NCBI GenBank assembly: GCA_017469545.1
Contig: JAFUGE010000009.1
Span: forward strand, 1,567 to 65,566
Reading direction: 5' to 3'
Length of the DNA: 64,000 bases
Source of the DNA: Clostridia bacterium
Lineage (GTDB): Bacteria > Bacillota > Clostridia > TANB77 > UBA1234
The position numbers and the translations under genes are program-made. A model generated the notes under the pieces. That model was not told the DNA's origin and searched no databases. It was given only the letters and a program-made list of their open reading frames with translations. Positions 1-9,653 of this stretch are shown piece by piece (within the stretch, counting starts at the first letter, position 1; every line of letters starts with the position of its first letter).

Positions 1-151
1 AAGAGCTATTTGAGAATGTAGAAGTGTTAGATAAAAAGGCGGGATTTCACGTGATTAGATGTATGTAGGGAGCGCACATCTTAAAAAATTTAAATATTTT
101 TCTTGACATTGAAATACTCTACTGCTATAATAACAATTGCACGATGGAGAT

Positions 152-225
152 GCGGGTGTAGTTCAATGGTAGAATCTCAGCCTTCCAAGCTGATTGTGCG
201 GGTTCGATTCCCGCTACCCGCTCCA
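152..225 (+). tRNA. tRNA-Gly (anticodon UCC)
   Basis: Cloverleaf by eye: acceptor GCGGGTG/TACCCGC, anticodon stem TCAGC/GCTGA, loop CTTCCAA, T-arm GCGGG-TTCGATT-CCCGC, encoded CCA. Confidence 0.9.
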
Positions 226-235
226 AAAGGTGTCT

Positions 236-270
236 AAATTTCCTTGAAATATCAAGGAAATTTTTTATTT
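236..270 (+). terminator. Rho-independent terminator after tRNA-Gly
   Basis: Stem AAATTTCCTTG / CAAGGAAATTT followed by a T-run. Confidence 0.7.
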
Positions 271-301
271 TGTGCCGATTTACCGTAAAAGGGGTTGATT
301 C

Positions 302-355
302 GAACTCTTGTAGAGGTCGCGTATCACGCGGCCCGAAAACGAGAGTTCTTTTTTT
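302..355. repeat. Terminator-like palindromic repeat, family C, copy 1
   Basis: GAACTCTTGTAGAGGTCGCGTATCACGCGGCCCGAAAACGAGAGTTC plus T-run. Near-identical copies at 1566 and 13829. Confidence 0.85.
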
Positions 356-424
356 ATAGAAAGCGAATTTACTTATTAACAATTGAGAACTAAAGTTCTA
401 TAATTGTTTTGAGGATGTGATAAT

Positions 425-730
425 ATGAAAAAAGAATTGATAAAAACGGAAATAAAAGTAAAAGATACACTAGTTGGTGTTATGAGAGTTGGAAATGTTG
501 ATTACATTTCACTAACGGACTTAGCAAAGTACCAGAATGAAAATGATCCTTCGGGAGTTATAAGAAATTGGATGTCTAATAAAAATTCATTTGACTTTTA
601 TAGTTTATGGGAGGAATTACATAATGAAAATTTTAATTCCGTGGAATCCCACAGAATTAAAATTGAAGAAGTTGGGTACAATCGATTTACTATGATGCGA
701 AAACGTTGGAAAGAAGGGATGTCGTTTTGA
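425..730 (+). pseudogene. KilA-N family (phage/plasmid DNA-binding) gene, N-terminal fragment only
   Basis: 'ISLTDLAKYQNENDPSGVIRNWMSNKNSFDFYSLWEELHN' resembles the leader part of KilA-N proteins. The ORF stops after 101 aa, before the conserved core, and overlaps the next gene. Confidence 0.5.
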
Positions 731-753
731 TGTGGAAAGTGAGGGGAAGATTA

Positions 754-1542
754 ATGAGTAGAAAAATAGTTGCAATTGGTGGAGGAGAAAATGGTAGACA
801 ATTATCGGATGGAACAAACGCTCCTTATGAAACATATTTGATGGATAAAGAAATTGTGGATTTGGTACAGAAAGAGAAAGTTAACTTTTTGTTTTTAGGA
901 CATGCTCAACCGATACATATTCAAGAAAGTTATTTTCATACGATGGAAAAAATATATGGTGATATGTTGGGTTGTGAGTGTAAAATTTTGAAAAGCAATG
1001 AATTGGACGATATCGAAAAGGTAAAAAATTTAATTGCTTGGGCAGATATCATTTATGAGGGTGGCGGAGACACGCTAAATATGATGCAAGAATGGAGAAA
1101 TGCAAAGTTTGATAAGGTCCTTGAAAATGCTTGGAACGATGGAAAAGTTGTTTGTGGTGTTTCTGCTGGTGGTGTTTGTTGGTTTCATTCGTGCAATTCA
1201 GATTCGCTTATTATTGAAAATGGACAAAGCGAAGAATTAACTAGTGTAGATTGTTTGAACTTTATCAATGCATATTGTGTCCCGCATTGTGACGAAAAAG
1301 GCAGATACGACTCTGCTAAGAAAGAGTTAAAAAAGAATGGATTAGTTGGGATTTTATTATCAAATTGTGCCGCAATTGAAATTGTAGACGATAGCTACAG
1401 AGTGATATTTACAGATGCATCCCATCACAAGATAGAGCCTTATGCAAAAAAGGCATTTTGGATGGATGGCAATTATTATGAATACGATATACGAAATGAA
1501 AAAGAATTTATGCCACTGAGTGATTTGCTTAAGAAGGAATAG
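754..1542 (+). CDS. Peptidase S51 / dipeptidase E-like (type 1 glutamine amidotransferase-like fold)
   Basis: RBS GAGGGGAAG before ATG 754. Motifs 'IVAIGGGENG', 'IYEGGGDT', nucleophile 'GVSAGG'. Confidence 0.7.
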   Translation: MSRKIVAIGGGENGRQLSDGTNAPYETYLMDKEIVDLVQKEKVNFLFLGHAQPIHIQESYFHTMEKIYGDMLGCECKILKSNELDDIEKVKNLIAWADIIYEGGGDTLNMMQEWRNAKFDKVLENAWNDGKVVCGVSAGGVCWFHSCNSDSLIIENGQSEELTSVDCLNFINAYCVPHCDEKGRYDSAKKELKKNGLVGILLSNCAAIEIVDDSYRVIFTDASHHKIEPYAKKAFWMDGNYYEYDIRNEKEFMPLSDLLKKE

Positions 1543-1565
1543 AAGCTGTAGTGGTGATTTTGCTT

Positions 1566-1617
1566 GAACTCTTGTAGGGGTCGCGTATCACGCGGCCCGA
1601 AAACGAGAGTTTTTTTG
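1566..1617. repeat. Terminator-like palindromic repeat, family C, copy 2
   Basis: GAACTCTTGTAGGGGTCGCGTATCACGCGGCCCGAAAACGAGAGTT plus T-run, 24 nt after the peptidase stop. Confidence 0.85.
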
Positions 1618-1739
1618 TTGAGCGCAAGAGAGAACCCTTTGGTGTTGCACTCTTGCAAAAGTGGGTGGTTTGTGCTAAAATGTAGGAGTTAAAGTGAAAC
1701 TTGTTGAAGTGCTTCTTACAATGAGAAAGGAGAATTTTT

Positions 1740-2804
1740 ATGGCTAGCAATGCGACTGGGCGGAATGGCAAAGTTACTGCTGCAAGGATTATTGGCCTCG
1801 TTATTTTGATTTTGGCGCTCACGTTCGTAAATAATTTGGATGTGTTTTTGGGGCATACCAATGAACCGGTAGCGAATTATTCGGCGAGTAGCCTGGACGT
1901 TTATTTTTTCGATGTTGGCCAAGCGGATAGTATTTTGCTTATGACTGACGATAAGGTGATGCTTGTAGATACGGGGAATGCCGGCGATGCAGCGATGGAC
2001 TACAACGTCAAAGACAAAATTAATTTGTCGCACGAATTGAAGCGGCTTGGCGTGAATAAGATTGATGTTTTGGTTGCGACGCATCCTCACGAAGATCACA
2101 TGGGCTCGATGTACAAAATTATTGAGATGTTTGATGTGAAGGATTTGTATTCCAATAGCATTCTTCCGGAAAGCCAGCAAACGGGCTATTACAAGCGGTT
2201 TGTGTCGGCTTTGGAGGAAAGTGATACCCATTTGATTACCCCTACTACGCTTTCGGAGGAAGAGATTAAAGCAAAAGTGGAAGCGTATAATCAAGGGCTC
2301 CCAGAGGAGGAAAAGGTTGTCTACAATCCCAATGATTACATTCGCGTTGGGGACGAGATTCCTTTTGGAAATGCGAAAGTGACAATGCTTGCGCCAAACG
2401 CCTCTAAGTACTCAGATACAAACGATTACTCTATTGTGCTGATGGTGGAGTTTGAGGGTGTGAAGCTACTTTTGACGGGGGATGCCGGGAAGCTTTCCGA
2501 GAAAGAAATGTTAAAATATGCCGCGGAGAATGATTTTGATTTGAAGGCGGATATTTTAAAAGTTGGCCATCACGGCAGTCGTACAGCAAATACGGAGGAA
2601 TTTATTGCAAAGGTTCAGCCAAGTCATTCTATCATGATGGTGGGCAAGGATAATTCTTATGGCTTGCCGGACGAAGATGTGATTGAACGGCTTGAGAAGC
2701 ATGGTTCCGTGATTTATCAAACGCAAGATGCTGGCGATGTGAAACTTACGATTAATGACGGAAAGTATGCGTTTGACTTAGATTTTGCCCACGAAGAGAA
2801 GTAA
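1740..2804 (+). CDS. ComEC/Rec2-related MBL-fold metallo-hydrolase, membrane anchored
   Basis: N-terminal TM segment; 'ATHPHEDHMG' and 'VGHHGS' metallo-beta-lactamase motifs. Confidence 0.8.
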   Translation: MASNATGRNGKVTAARIIGLVILILALTFVNNLDVFLGHTNEPVANYSASSLDVYFFDVGQADSILLMTDDKVMLVDTGNAGDAAMDYNVKDKINLSHELKRLGVNKIDVLVATHPHEDHMGSMYKIIEMFDVKDLYSNSILPESQQTGYYKRFVSALEESDTHLITPTTLSEEEIKAKVEAYNQGLPEEEKVVYNPNDYIRVGDEIPFGNAKVTMLAPNASKYSDTNDYSIVLMVEFEGVKLLLTGDAGKLSEKEMLKYAAENDFDLKADILKVGHHGSRTANTEEFIAKVQPSHSIMMVGKDNSYGLPDEDVIERLEKHGSVIYQTQDAGDVKLTINDGKYAFDLDFAHEEK

Positions 2805-2809
2805 GGGAA

Positions 2810-3088
2810 GTGACAAAATTGCTAAATGACAAAGCGGCCAATTTATCCACTTTCATTATTTTTGTGGATAGAATTGAGGGGGATTTCGCGGTCTGCGAAT
2901 TTCCCGACGAAACGATGCATGACATTCATTTAGCGGCTTTTGAAGAGCTTGACACAGAAGTAAGAGAACGCGAGCAATATAGGGTTTGCCTGCGAGAAGA
3001 GGGAAAAGTGGAAGTGCTTAGTAAAGTGTTTCTGCTTCCTAATACACCCCAAAAGAAGCTAAGTGCTAAACTGGTGAGATTTATTTGA
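2810..3088 (+). CDS. DUF3006-like small protein (usual partner of ComEC-type MBL hydrolases)
   Basis: GTG start; 'VDRIEGDFAVCEF' motif; 5 nt after the MBL gene. Confidence 0.55.
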   Translation: MTKLLNDKAANLSTFIIFVDRIEGDFAVCEFPDETMHDIHLAAFEELDTEVREREQYRVCLREEGKVEVLSKVFLLPNTPQKKLSAKLVRFI

Positions 3089-3101
3089 AGGAGGGCTAGT
3101 T

Positions 3102-3659
3102 ATGTGTGTGCACGAAAAGTCTTATGAGCAGGGCAAAGGTCGGGATTCCTATTCTTTGGAGAATGAGTGTAGAGCTGCATTGAAAAAGCAGGAACGGGAG
3201 GCAAATATGGATAATTCGGAAAGAAAGGCCGCCATTATTTGTGCGGCTGTGGTCCTTGTTTTCTTTATTGTCTTTTTCGGAATTCGAGCTTTTGGCGGCT
3301 ACTATTCTTTCACTTCCAAAGAGATGGTAAATTACAATGCATTTGCCAAGGGCCTTGCCAACGCAGGGGTTACAACGAATCTGGCGGATAGGATTTCTTT
3401 TAGTGACATTTCGCTTAGCAAGGCGGATGCGCTAGGGAGATATCACTTGAGTATCAAGACTACCAAAGGCGTGATTTCTTATGCCATTGAAAAGGGTGGC
3501 GCGATTTCGGCTCCGACAGTAAGCCGCGTAAGTTTGATTGCTGTAAACACGTTGATTGCTTTGATTTTTACGGTGTTTGCTGCATGTATAGGCTACTTGG
3601 GCGCTTCTACGATTCAGCTTCGTAATGAAATCAAAAAAACGAAAGAGAAAATGACGTAA
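3102..3659 (+). CDS. Hypothetical membrane protein (2 TM segments)
   Basis: Strong RBS AAGGAGG before the ATG; hydrophobic segments near residues 45-65 and 150-175. Confidence 0.6.
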   Translation: MCVHEKSYEQGKGRDSYSLENECRAALKKQEREANMDNSERKAAIICAAVVLVFFIVFFGIRAFGGYYSFTSKEMVNYNAFAKGLANAGVTTNLADRISFSDISLSKADALGRYHLSIKTTKGVISYAIEKGGAISAPTVSRVSLIAVNTLIALIFTVFAACIGYLGASTIQLRNEIKKTKEKMT

Positions 3660-3668
3660 CAAAATGAA

Positions 3669-3707
3669 CTCCCTCACAGAAATATTTTTCTGTGGGGGAG
3701 ATTTTTT
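3669..3707 (+). terminator. Rho-independent terminator
   Basis: CTCCCTCACAG / CTGTGGGGGAG stem followed by a T-run. Confidence 0.7.
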
Positions 3708-3819
3708 ATTTTTGGCAGTGGAGTCATTAAAGAGCAAGAAGCACGAAATGGATTGTGACCAAAGCTATTGTAAATCGAAAAAGTTATGGATATAATATGG
3801 AGTGAGAAGGAGAGACTTT

Positions 3820-4455
3820 ATGGAATTTTTATTTACTTTTTTGGAGGGGATTGCGAGCTTTGTTTCGCCTTGTATGCTACCGATGGTGCCGATTTATGTT
3901 TCGTATTTTGCGGGAAGCGAAGAGAAGCAAAAAGGAAGAGCGTTACTTAATTCAATTGGGTTTGTGATTGGTTTTACGATTGTTTTTGTGGTTTTGGCTG
4001 TGTTTGCAAGCTCTTTGGGGGCAGTACTTAGCACGGCAATCAAATATGTGAAAATTCTTTTTGGAGTTTTGATTATTGTTTTGGGCCTTAATTACATAGG
4101 CGTTTTCAAGATTCCGTTTTTGAACCGAAGTGCAACGATTAACAGTGATTTGAAGAATATTCATTTTTGGAAAGCGATTTTGTTTGGAATGATTTTTTCG
4201 ATTAGTTGGACACCTTGCGTGGGTGCTTTCCTAAGTTCTGCACTTCTTTTGATTGCGAAAAATCAGAATTTATTAAAGGGAATTTTGCTTATTTTGGTTT
4301 ATTCATTGGGGCTTGGCGTGCCGTTTGTGATTTCGGCCGTGCTGATTGAAAAATTAAGAGGCACGTTTGATTTTATCAAGAAGCATTATCACGTCATTCA
4401 AAAAATTTCAGGATTGATTTTGGTGGTTATGGGAATTTACGTGATGGTATCGTAG
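3820..4455 (+). CDS. ccdA: CcdA/DsbD-family thiol:disulfide electron transporter
   Basis: RBS GAAGGAGAG; 'FVSPCMLPMVPIY' and 'SWTPCVGAFL' paired Cys motifs; polytopic. Confidence 0.85.
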   Translation: MEFLFTFLEGIASFVSPCMLPMVPIYVSYFAGSEEKQKGRALLNSIGFVIGFTIVFVVLAVFASSLGAVLSTAIKYVKILFGVLIIVLGLNYIGVFKIPFLNRSATINSDLKNIHFWKAILFGMIFSISWTPCVGAFLSSALLLIAKNQNLLKGILLILVYSLGLGVPFVISAVLIEKLRGTFDFIKKHYHVIQKISGLILVVMGIYVMVS

Positions 4456-4468
4456 GGGGCGAAAATTC

Positions 4469-4921
4469 ATGAAACAAAAAACAGGTGTTGTTATTTTGAT
4501 TGTTTTGCTTGCAGGCGTTTTGTTTGGCGCTAGTTATTTTTCCAAGAATGCGGGAAAAGTATCACGAAATGAGATAGAAAGCAAAGAATTAGAAAATACG
4601 ATTACGGAAAATGGTGCTGTGCAAGAAGTGAGTGCTAGCAGCTTTTCAAAAGAAGTGTTGCAAAGCGATAAGAAAGTACTGATTGATTTTTACGCGGATT
4701 GGTGCGAACCTTGTAAAATGCTTTCGCCACTTGTGGAGCAAGTTGCCAGCGAAAATAGCGATGTGAAATTTGTGAAGATTAATGTTGACGAAAATGACGA
4801 CTTAGCGACGAGGTATCGTGTGCTATATATCCCTACGCTAGTGGTGATAGAAAATGGCGAAGAGATAAACAGAGCCGTGGGATATATAGAAAAAAACGAA
4901 ATCCAAGAATTGATACGTTAA
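4469..4921 (+). CDS. Membrane-anchored thioredoxin-family protein
   Basis: N-terminal TM anchor; 'WCEPCK' active site; directly downstream of ccdA. Confidence 0.85.
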   Translation: MKQKTGVVILIVLLAGVLFGASYFSKNAGKVSRNEIESKELENTITENGAVQEVSASSFSKEVLQSDKKVLIDFYADWCEPCKMLSPLVEQVASENSDVKFVKINVDENDDLATRYRVLYIPTLVVIENGEEINRAVGYIEKNEIQELIR

Positions 4922-4958
4922 AAAGGTTGAAATGACGGCGTTACACCGTCATTATGTA

Positions 4959-4987
4959 TTGACTTATATGGAAATTCGTGGTATAAT
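4959..4987 (+). promoter_or_regulatory. Candidate sigma-A promoter of the suf operon
   Basis: TTGACT, 17-nt spacer, TGgTATAAT (extended -10). Confidence 0.5.
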
Positions 4988-5019
4988 TCCTAGTGATTTG
5001 GTATGAAAAGGAGAAGAAA

Positions 5020-5757
5020 ATGGAAAAGCTATTAGAAATTAAAGATTTATATGCAAATGTAGGGGAGAAAGAAATCTTAAAGGGATTAAATTTGACGATT
5101 AATAAGGGCGAGGTTCACGTTGTGATGGGGCCAAACGGCGCCGGAAAATCGACGCTTGCCAATGTTATTTTTAATAACCCAGCATATACAAAGGTAAGTG
5201 GCTCTGTGGAATTTGAGGGCGAGAATATCAATGATTTGAGTGTAGACAAGATTGCCAAGAAAGGCGTGTTTATGTCGTTTCAGTCGCCAGAGGAGATTCC
5301 GGGCATTTCTACGTTTAATTTTTTGAAGTTCGCGAAAGGAAAGATAACGGACAAGCCTGTGAAAGTATTTGAATTCAAAAAGCAGGTGGAGGGCTTCACG
5401 GAAGAGCTTAATATGAATCCGAAATTGATTGAAAGAAACTTGAATGTTGGATTTTCAGGAGGCGAGAAGAAGAAAAACGAGATTCTTCAGATGCTTGCGC
5501 TTAATCCAAAGCTTGCTATTTTGGACGAGACGGACTCGGGATTAGATGTAGATGCGATTAAAACGGTTTCAAAAGGAATTGAGATGTATAAAAATGACGA
5601 GAATGCGGTGTTGATTATTACGCACAATACGCGTATTTTGAAGCACCTAAAGGTTGATTTCGTGCACGTGTTGGTGGATGGAAGAATCGTAAAGACGGGC
5701 ATGGGAGAGTTGGCAACGGAGATTGAGGAAAACGGATATAAAGAGTACAACGCATGA
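5020..5757 (+). CDS. sufC: Fe-S cluster assembly ATPase SufC
   Basis: Walker A 'GPNGAGKST', 'FSGGEKK', Walker B 'AILDETDSGLD'; RBS AAAGGAGAAG. Confidence 0.93.
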   Translation: MEKLLEIKDLYANVGEKEILKGLNLTINKGEVHVVMGPNGAGKSTLANVIFNNPAYTKVSGSVEFEGENINDLSVDKIAKKGVFMSFQSPEEIPGISTFNFLKFAKGKITDKPVKVFEFKKQVEGFTEELNMNPKLIERNLNVGFSGGEKKKNEILQMLALNPKLAILDETDSGLDVDAIKTVSKGIEMYKNDENAVLIITHNTRILKHLKVDFVHVLVDGRIVKTGMGELATEIEENGYKEYNA

Positions 5758-5919
5758 TACATTTTCGGGGTGGCAGAAAAGTATGCAAACTGGAAAATGA
5801 TGGAAGCGTGCGCATTTTCGGCGACGCCGAAAACGCGCATCCTGGCAGAAATTGGAAAGATGCGCGTTTTCAGGGTGGCAGAAAAGTGATCATTTGTGAA
5901 ATGGGAAAGGAAATATAAA

Positions 5920-7320
5920 ATGGCAAAGACGCAGGTTGAAGACATTAATAGAAATATATATGATATTAAAAATGAAGACGAGTATGCGTTTAAGATGCAA
6001 AAGGGTCTAAACCGAGAGGTTGTTTTGGAAATTTCGAAGCAGAAGAATGACCCTGATTGGATGAGGGAGTTGCGTTTAAAGGCTTTGGAGGTTTACAATA
6101 GTTTGGAGCTTCCTACGTGGGGTCCAGATTTGTCAGAGCTTCATATGGACGATATTGCGACGTATGTAAAGCCGAAGTCGAAGCTTAATACGAGTTGGGA
6201 CGATGTGCCAGAAGAGATTAAGAAGACGTTTGATACTTTGGGAATTCCGGAAGCGGAGAAGAAGTCGCTTGCTGGCGTTGGGGCGCAGTACGACTCGGAA
6301 GTCGTTTATCACAGTATGAAAGAAGATTTGCTAAAGCAGGGCGTGGTTTATCTGGATATGGAGTCAGCGGTAAGAGAGTATCCTGATTTGGTAAAAGAGC
6401 ATTTTATGAAGTGCGTGCCGGTAAATGACCATAAGTTTGTGGCGCTTCACGCGGCAGTATGGTCTGGCGGCTCTTTTGTTTATGTGCCAAAGGGCGTCAA
6501 AGTGGATATTCCTCTTCAGTCATATTTCAGGCTTAACTCGCCAGAATCTGGCCAGTTTGAGCATACGCTAATTATTGTGGACGAGGGAGCGAGTCTTCAT
6601 TTTATTGAGGGATGTAGTGCCCCAAAGTACAACAAAGTAAATCTTCACGCGGGATGCGTGGAACTTTACGTGAAAGATAACGCATACTTAAGGTATTCGA
6701 CGATTGAAAACTGGTCGAAGAATATGATGAATTTGAATACGAAAAAAGCGATTGTTGGTAAGAATGCGCAGATAGACTGGGTAACGGGTTCGTTTGGCTC
6801 AAAGATTTCAATGCTTTACCCAATGAGTATTCTAAATGGCGAAGGCGCAAAGACAGAATATACGGGAATTACTTTTGCGGGCAAGGGCCAGAACTTGGAT
6901 ACTGGTTTTAAAGTGATTCACAATGCGCCGAATACTTCTTCTGTTGTGAATTCAAAGTCGATTTCGAAAGAGGGCGGCTCTTGTACGTATCGTGCTTTGG
7001 TGAGAGTTGCCGAGAGAGCGAAGAATGCGAAATGTAGTGTAAGCTGTGAATCGCTAATGCTTGACGACATTTCACGTTCTGATACGATTCCGGTGAATGA
7101 TATTCAAACAGACGAAGTAGAATTTTCACACGAAGCGAAAATTGGTAAGATAAGCGATAAAGAAATTTTCTATTTGATGTCGAGAGGGCTTAGTGAAGAG
7201 GACGCAAGAGCAATGATTGTCAGAGGTTTTGCATATCCGATTTCGAAAGAGTTGCCAGTGGAATATGCTGTGGAAATGAATAATTTGATTAATATGGAAT
7301 TGGAGGGAAGTATTGGTTAG
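5920..7320 (+). CDS. sufB: Fe-S cluster assembly scaffold SufB
   Basis: Length and the 'FxHEAxxGKI...YLMSRGL..EEA' C-terminal signature; follows sufC. Confidence 0.92.
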   Translation: MAKTQVEDINRNIYDIKNEDEYAFKMQKGLNREVVLEISKQKNDPDWMRELRLKALEVYNSLELPTWGPDLSELHMDDIATYVKPKSKLNTSWDDVPEEIKKTFDTLGIPEAEKKSLAGVGAQYDSEVVYHSMKEDLLKQGVVYLDMESAVREYPDLVKEHFMKCVPVNDHKFVALHAAVWSGGSFVYVPKGVKVDIPLQSYFRLNSPESGQFEHTLIIVDEGASLHFIEGCSAPKYNKVNLHAGCVELYVKDNAYLRYSTIENWSKNMMNLNTKKAIVGKNAQIDWVTGSFGSKISMLYPMSILNGEGAKTEYTGITFAGKGQNLDTGFKVIHNAPNTSSVVNSKSISKEGGSCTYRALVRVAERAKNAKCSVSCESLMLDDISRSDTIPVNDIQTDEVEFSHEAKIGKISDKEIFYLMSRGLSEEDARAMIVRGFAYPISKELPVEYAVEMNNLINMELEGSIG

Positions 7321-7321
7321 T

Positions 7322-8368
7322 ATGGAAATTTTAAAAGTAAATGAAACACCAGTGAGAACATCGAGAAATTTTAAAATCAATAATATCAAACTAGAAGACG
7401 TAGTACTTCCTGAAAATGTGATGGAGTTTAAAGGGCTTCAAGTCCTTGGAGCAAGCAAGATAGAGACGGAAGTGGAAGTAGGAAAAGTAACGTATGGTCT
7501 TGGCGATGTGATGCAGGAAAACGTAAGAGAAATGGCCAATAGTAAAATAAGAATTACGGCAAGTCAAAATAACGAAGACGTAAAATTATTCTATACACTA
7601 GACGACGAGAATACAGCTTTAATTCACTATGTTGAGATAGTAGCAGAGAAAGATTTGAATGTGACGATTAAGTATAGTTCGTCGACTAACTATTCGTGTT
7701 TTGTGAATGGCATTATTAAAATAATTGCAAGTGGCAATGCGAAAGTAAATGTCGTTGCCGTGAATTTGCTAAATGAAACTTCTCATTATTTTGTGTCGAT
7801 GGAGAATGTACTTCAAGAGAGTAGCGAAGTGCAGTATACGGTCATTGATTTGGGCGCGAAAAATAGCGTTCAGAATTATTATTCCAACATTGCGGGCGAG
7901 GGCGCCAATAACGAACTAAAAGCGATTTACTTGGGAAGAGAAAACCAAGTAAAGGATATGAATTATATTGCGGAATTGTATGGCGAAAAGACGAATGTTA
8001 CTATCGATGTGCAAGGCGCATTAAAAGATAGTGCAAAGAAAAATTTTAAGGGCACGATTGATTTTAAGAAAGGTTGCAAGAAAGCAAGAGGAGACGAAAA
8101 CGAGTACTGTATGCTTTTGTCGGATAAGGCAAAGTCAATTGCACTTCCGATGCTGTTATGTACAGAAGACGATGTAGAGGGAAATCACGCAACGGCTTCT
8201 GGCAAGCTTGACGACAAGGAGATCTTTTATATTATGTCGCGAGGAATTGAGAAAAAAGACGCAACGAAGTTAATTGTGAAAGCGAGATTCAACAAGATTT
8301 TGGAGAGGATTGCAGACGAAGAAATACGAAATGAAATTGTGCAAGAAATAGATAGGAGATTGGATTAA
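7322..8368 (+). CDS. sufD: Fe-S cluster assembly protein SufD (SufB/SufD family)
   Basis: C-terminal 'GNHATASGKLDDKEIFYIMSRGIEKKDA' paralogous to SufB; operon position. Confidence 0.85.
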   Translation: MEILKVNETPVRTSRNFKINNIKLEDVVLPENVMEFKGLQVLGASKIETEVEVGKVTYGLGDVMQENVREMANSKIRITASQNNEDVKLFYTLDDENTALIHYVEIVAEKDLNVTIKYSSSTNYSCFVNGIIKIIASGNAKVNVVAVNLLNETSHYFVSMENVLQESSEVQYTVIDLGAKNSVQNYYSNIAGEGANNELKAIYLGRENQVKDMNYIAELYGEKTNVTIDVQGALKDSAKKNFKGTIDFKKGCKKARGDENEYCMLLSDKAKSIALPMLLCTEDDVEGNHATASGKLDDKEIFYIMSRGIEKKDATKLIVKARFNKILERIADEEIRNEIVQEIDRRLD

Positions 8369-9583
8369 ATGAATGTAAGAGACGATTTTCCAATATTGAA
8401 AAATAATGATATAGCCTATTTGGATAGTGGAGCGACGACGCAAAAACCTGTGCAAGTCATAGAGAGCATCAAAGAGTTCTACGAAAAGCAAAACGCCAAT
8501 CCTCACAGGGGCGCTTATGCGCTAAGTGTAGAAGCAACGGCAGTGTTTGAGGGGACAAGAGCGAAAGTGGCGAAGTTTATCGGCGCGAGATATCCGGAGG
8601 AAATTATATTTTCCAAGAATGCAAGTGAATCTTTTAATTTGCTCGCGTATTCTTATGGATTAGAAAACTTAAAGTCTGGCGACGAAGTGGTACTTTCGAT
8701 TATGGAGCATCACTCTAATTTGGTGCCTTGGCAATATGTGACGAAAAAAACGGGAAGCACATTAAAGTATCTATATGTGAATAGCGACTATGAATTATCG
8801 GAGGAAGAGATTAAAGAGAAAATTACAGACAAGACGAAAATTGTTGCGATTACGTATGTTTCGAATGTGCTTGGAACGATTAATCACGTCAAAGAAATTG
8901 CGAAATATGCACATAAGAAAGGCGCTATTGTGATTGTGGATGCAACGCAAGCCATTCCTCATATGAGAATGGATGTGCAAGATTTGAATGCAGACTTTTT
9001 AGTTTTTTCTGGCCATAAAATGATGGCGTCATTAGGTGTTGGCGTGCTTTATGGAAAGAGGGAATTGCTTAATAAAATGTCTCCATTTTTATTTGGCGGA
9101 GATATGATTGAGTACGTTTATGAGCAGGATACGACATTTGCGCCACTTCCAAGTAAATTTGAAGCGGGAACGCAAGATGTTGGCGCTGTTGCATCGCTTG
9201 GCGCGGCCATTGACTATATTGAAAATCTTGGTTATGAAAATATTCAGAAAATAGAAAACGAAGTAGTAGAATATGCAATTGAAGAGCTAAGCAAGCTGGA
9301 TTTCTTGACGATTTATAAAACACCAAATAAAGAAAATTTTGTGGGTGTCATTTCGTTTAATATTAATGGCGTGCATCCACACGACGTGGCCAGTATTTTA
9401 GACCAAGAGGGAGTATGCGTGAGATCGGGAAACCACTGTGCTCAGCCGTTACTTCGATATCTTGGCGTGGATTCTACTTGCAGAGCTAGCTTTTATATTT
9501 ATAACACGAAGGAAGATGTGGATCGATTAGTTAGGGGACTAACTAAGACGTATAATATGTTTAAAAAATATTTGCAGAAGTAA
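8369..9583 (+). CDS. sufS: Cysteine desulfurase SufS (class V aminotransferase)
   Basis: 'FSGHKM' PLP-lysine motif; 'RSGNHCAQP' active-site Cys loop. Confidence 0.92.
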   Translation: MNVRDDFPILKNNDIAYLDSGATTQKPVQVIESIKEFYEKQNANPHRGAYALSVEATAVFEGTRAKVAKFIGARYPEEIIFSKNASESFNLLAYSYGLENLKSGDEVVLSIMEHHSNLVPWQYVTKKTGSTLKYLYVNSDYELSEEEIKEKITDKTKIVAITYVSNVLGTINHVKEIAKYAHKKGAIVIVDATQAIPHMRMDVQDLNADFLVFSGHKMMASLGVGVLYGKRELLNKMSPFLFGGDMIEYVYEQDTTFAPLPSKFEAGTQDVGAVASLGAAIDYIENLGYENIQKIENEVVEYAIEELSKLDFLTIYKTPNKENFVGVISFNINGVHPHDVASILDQEGVCVRSGNHCAQPLLRYLGVDSTCRASFYIYNTKEDVDRLVRGLTKTYNMFKKYLQK

Positions 9584-9653
9584 TTCACTTTGTGCTGTAC
9601 TAATTTTGATGCGAATTGAAAATGGATAATTTTAGATGTGAGAGGAAAAATAA

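Noticed and set aside
125-382. ORFs overlapping tRNA genes (125..382, 12664..12993, 51933..52139).
   Set aside because: They are fully explained by the tRNA genes and their terminators.
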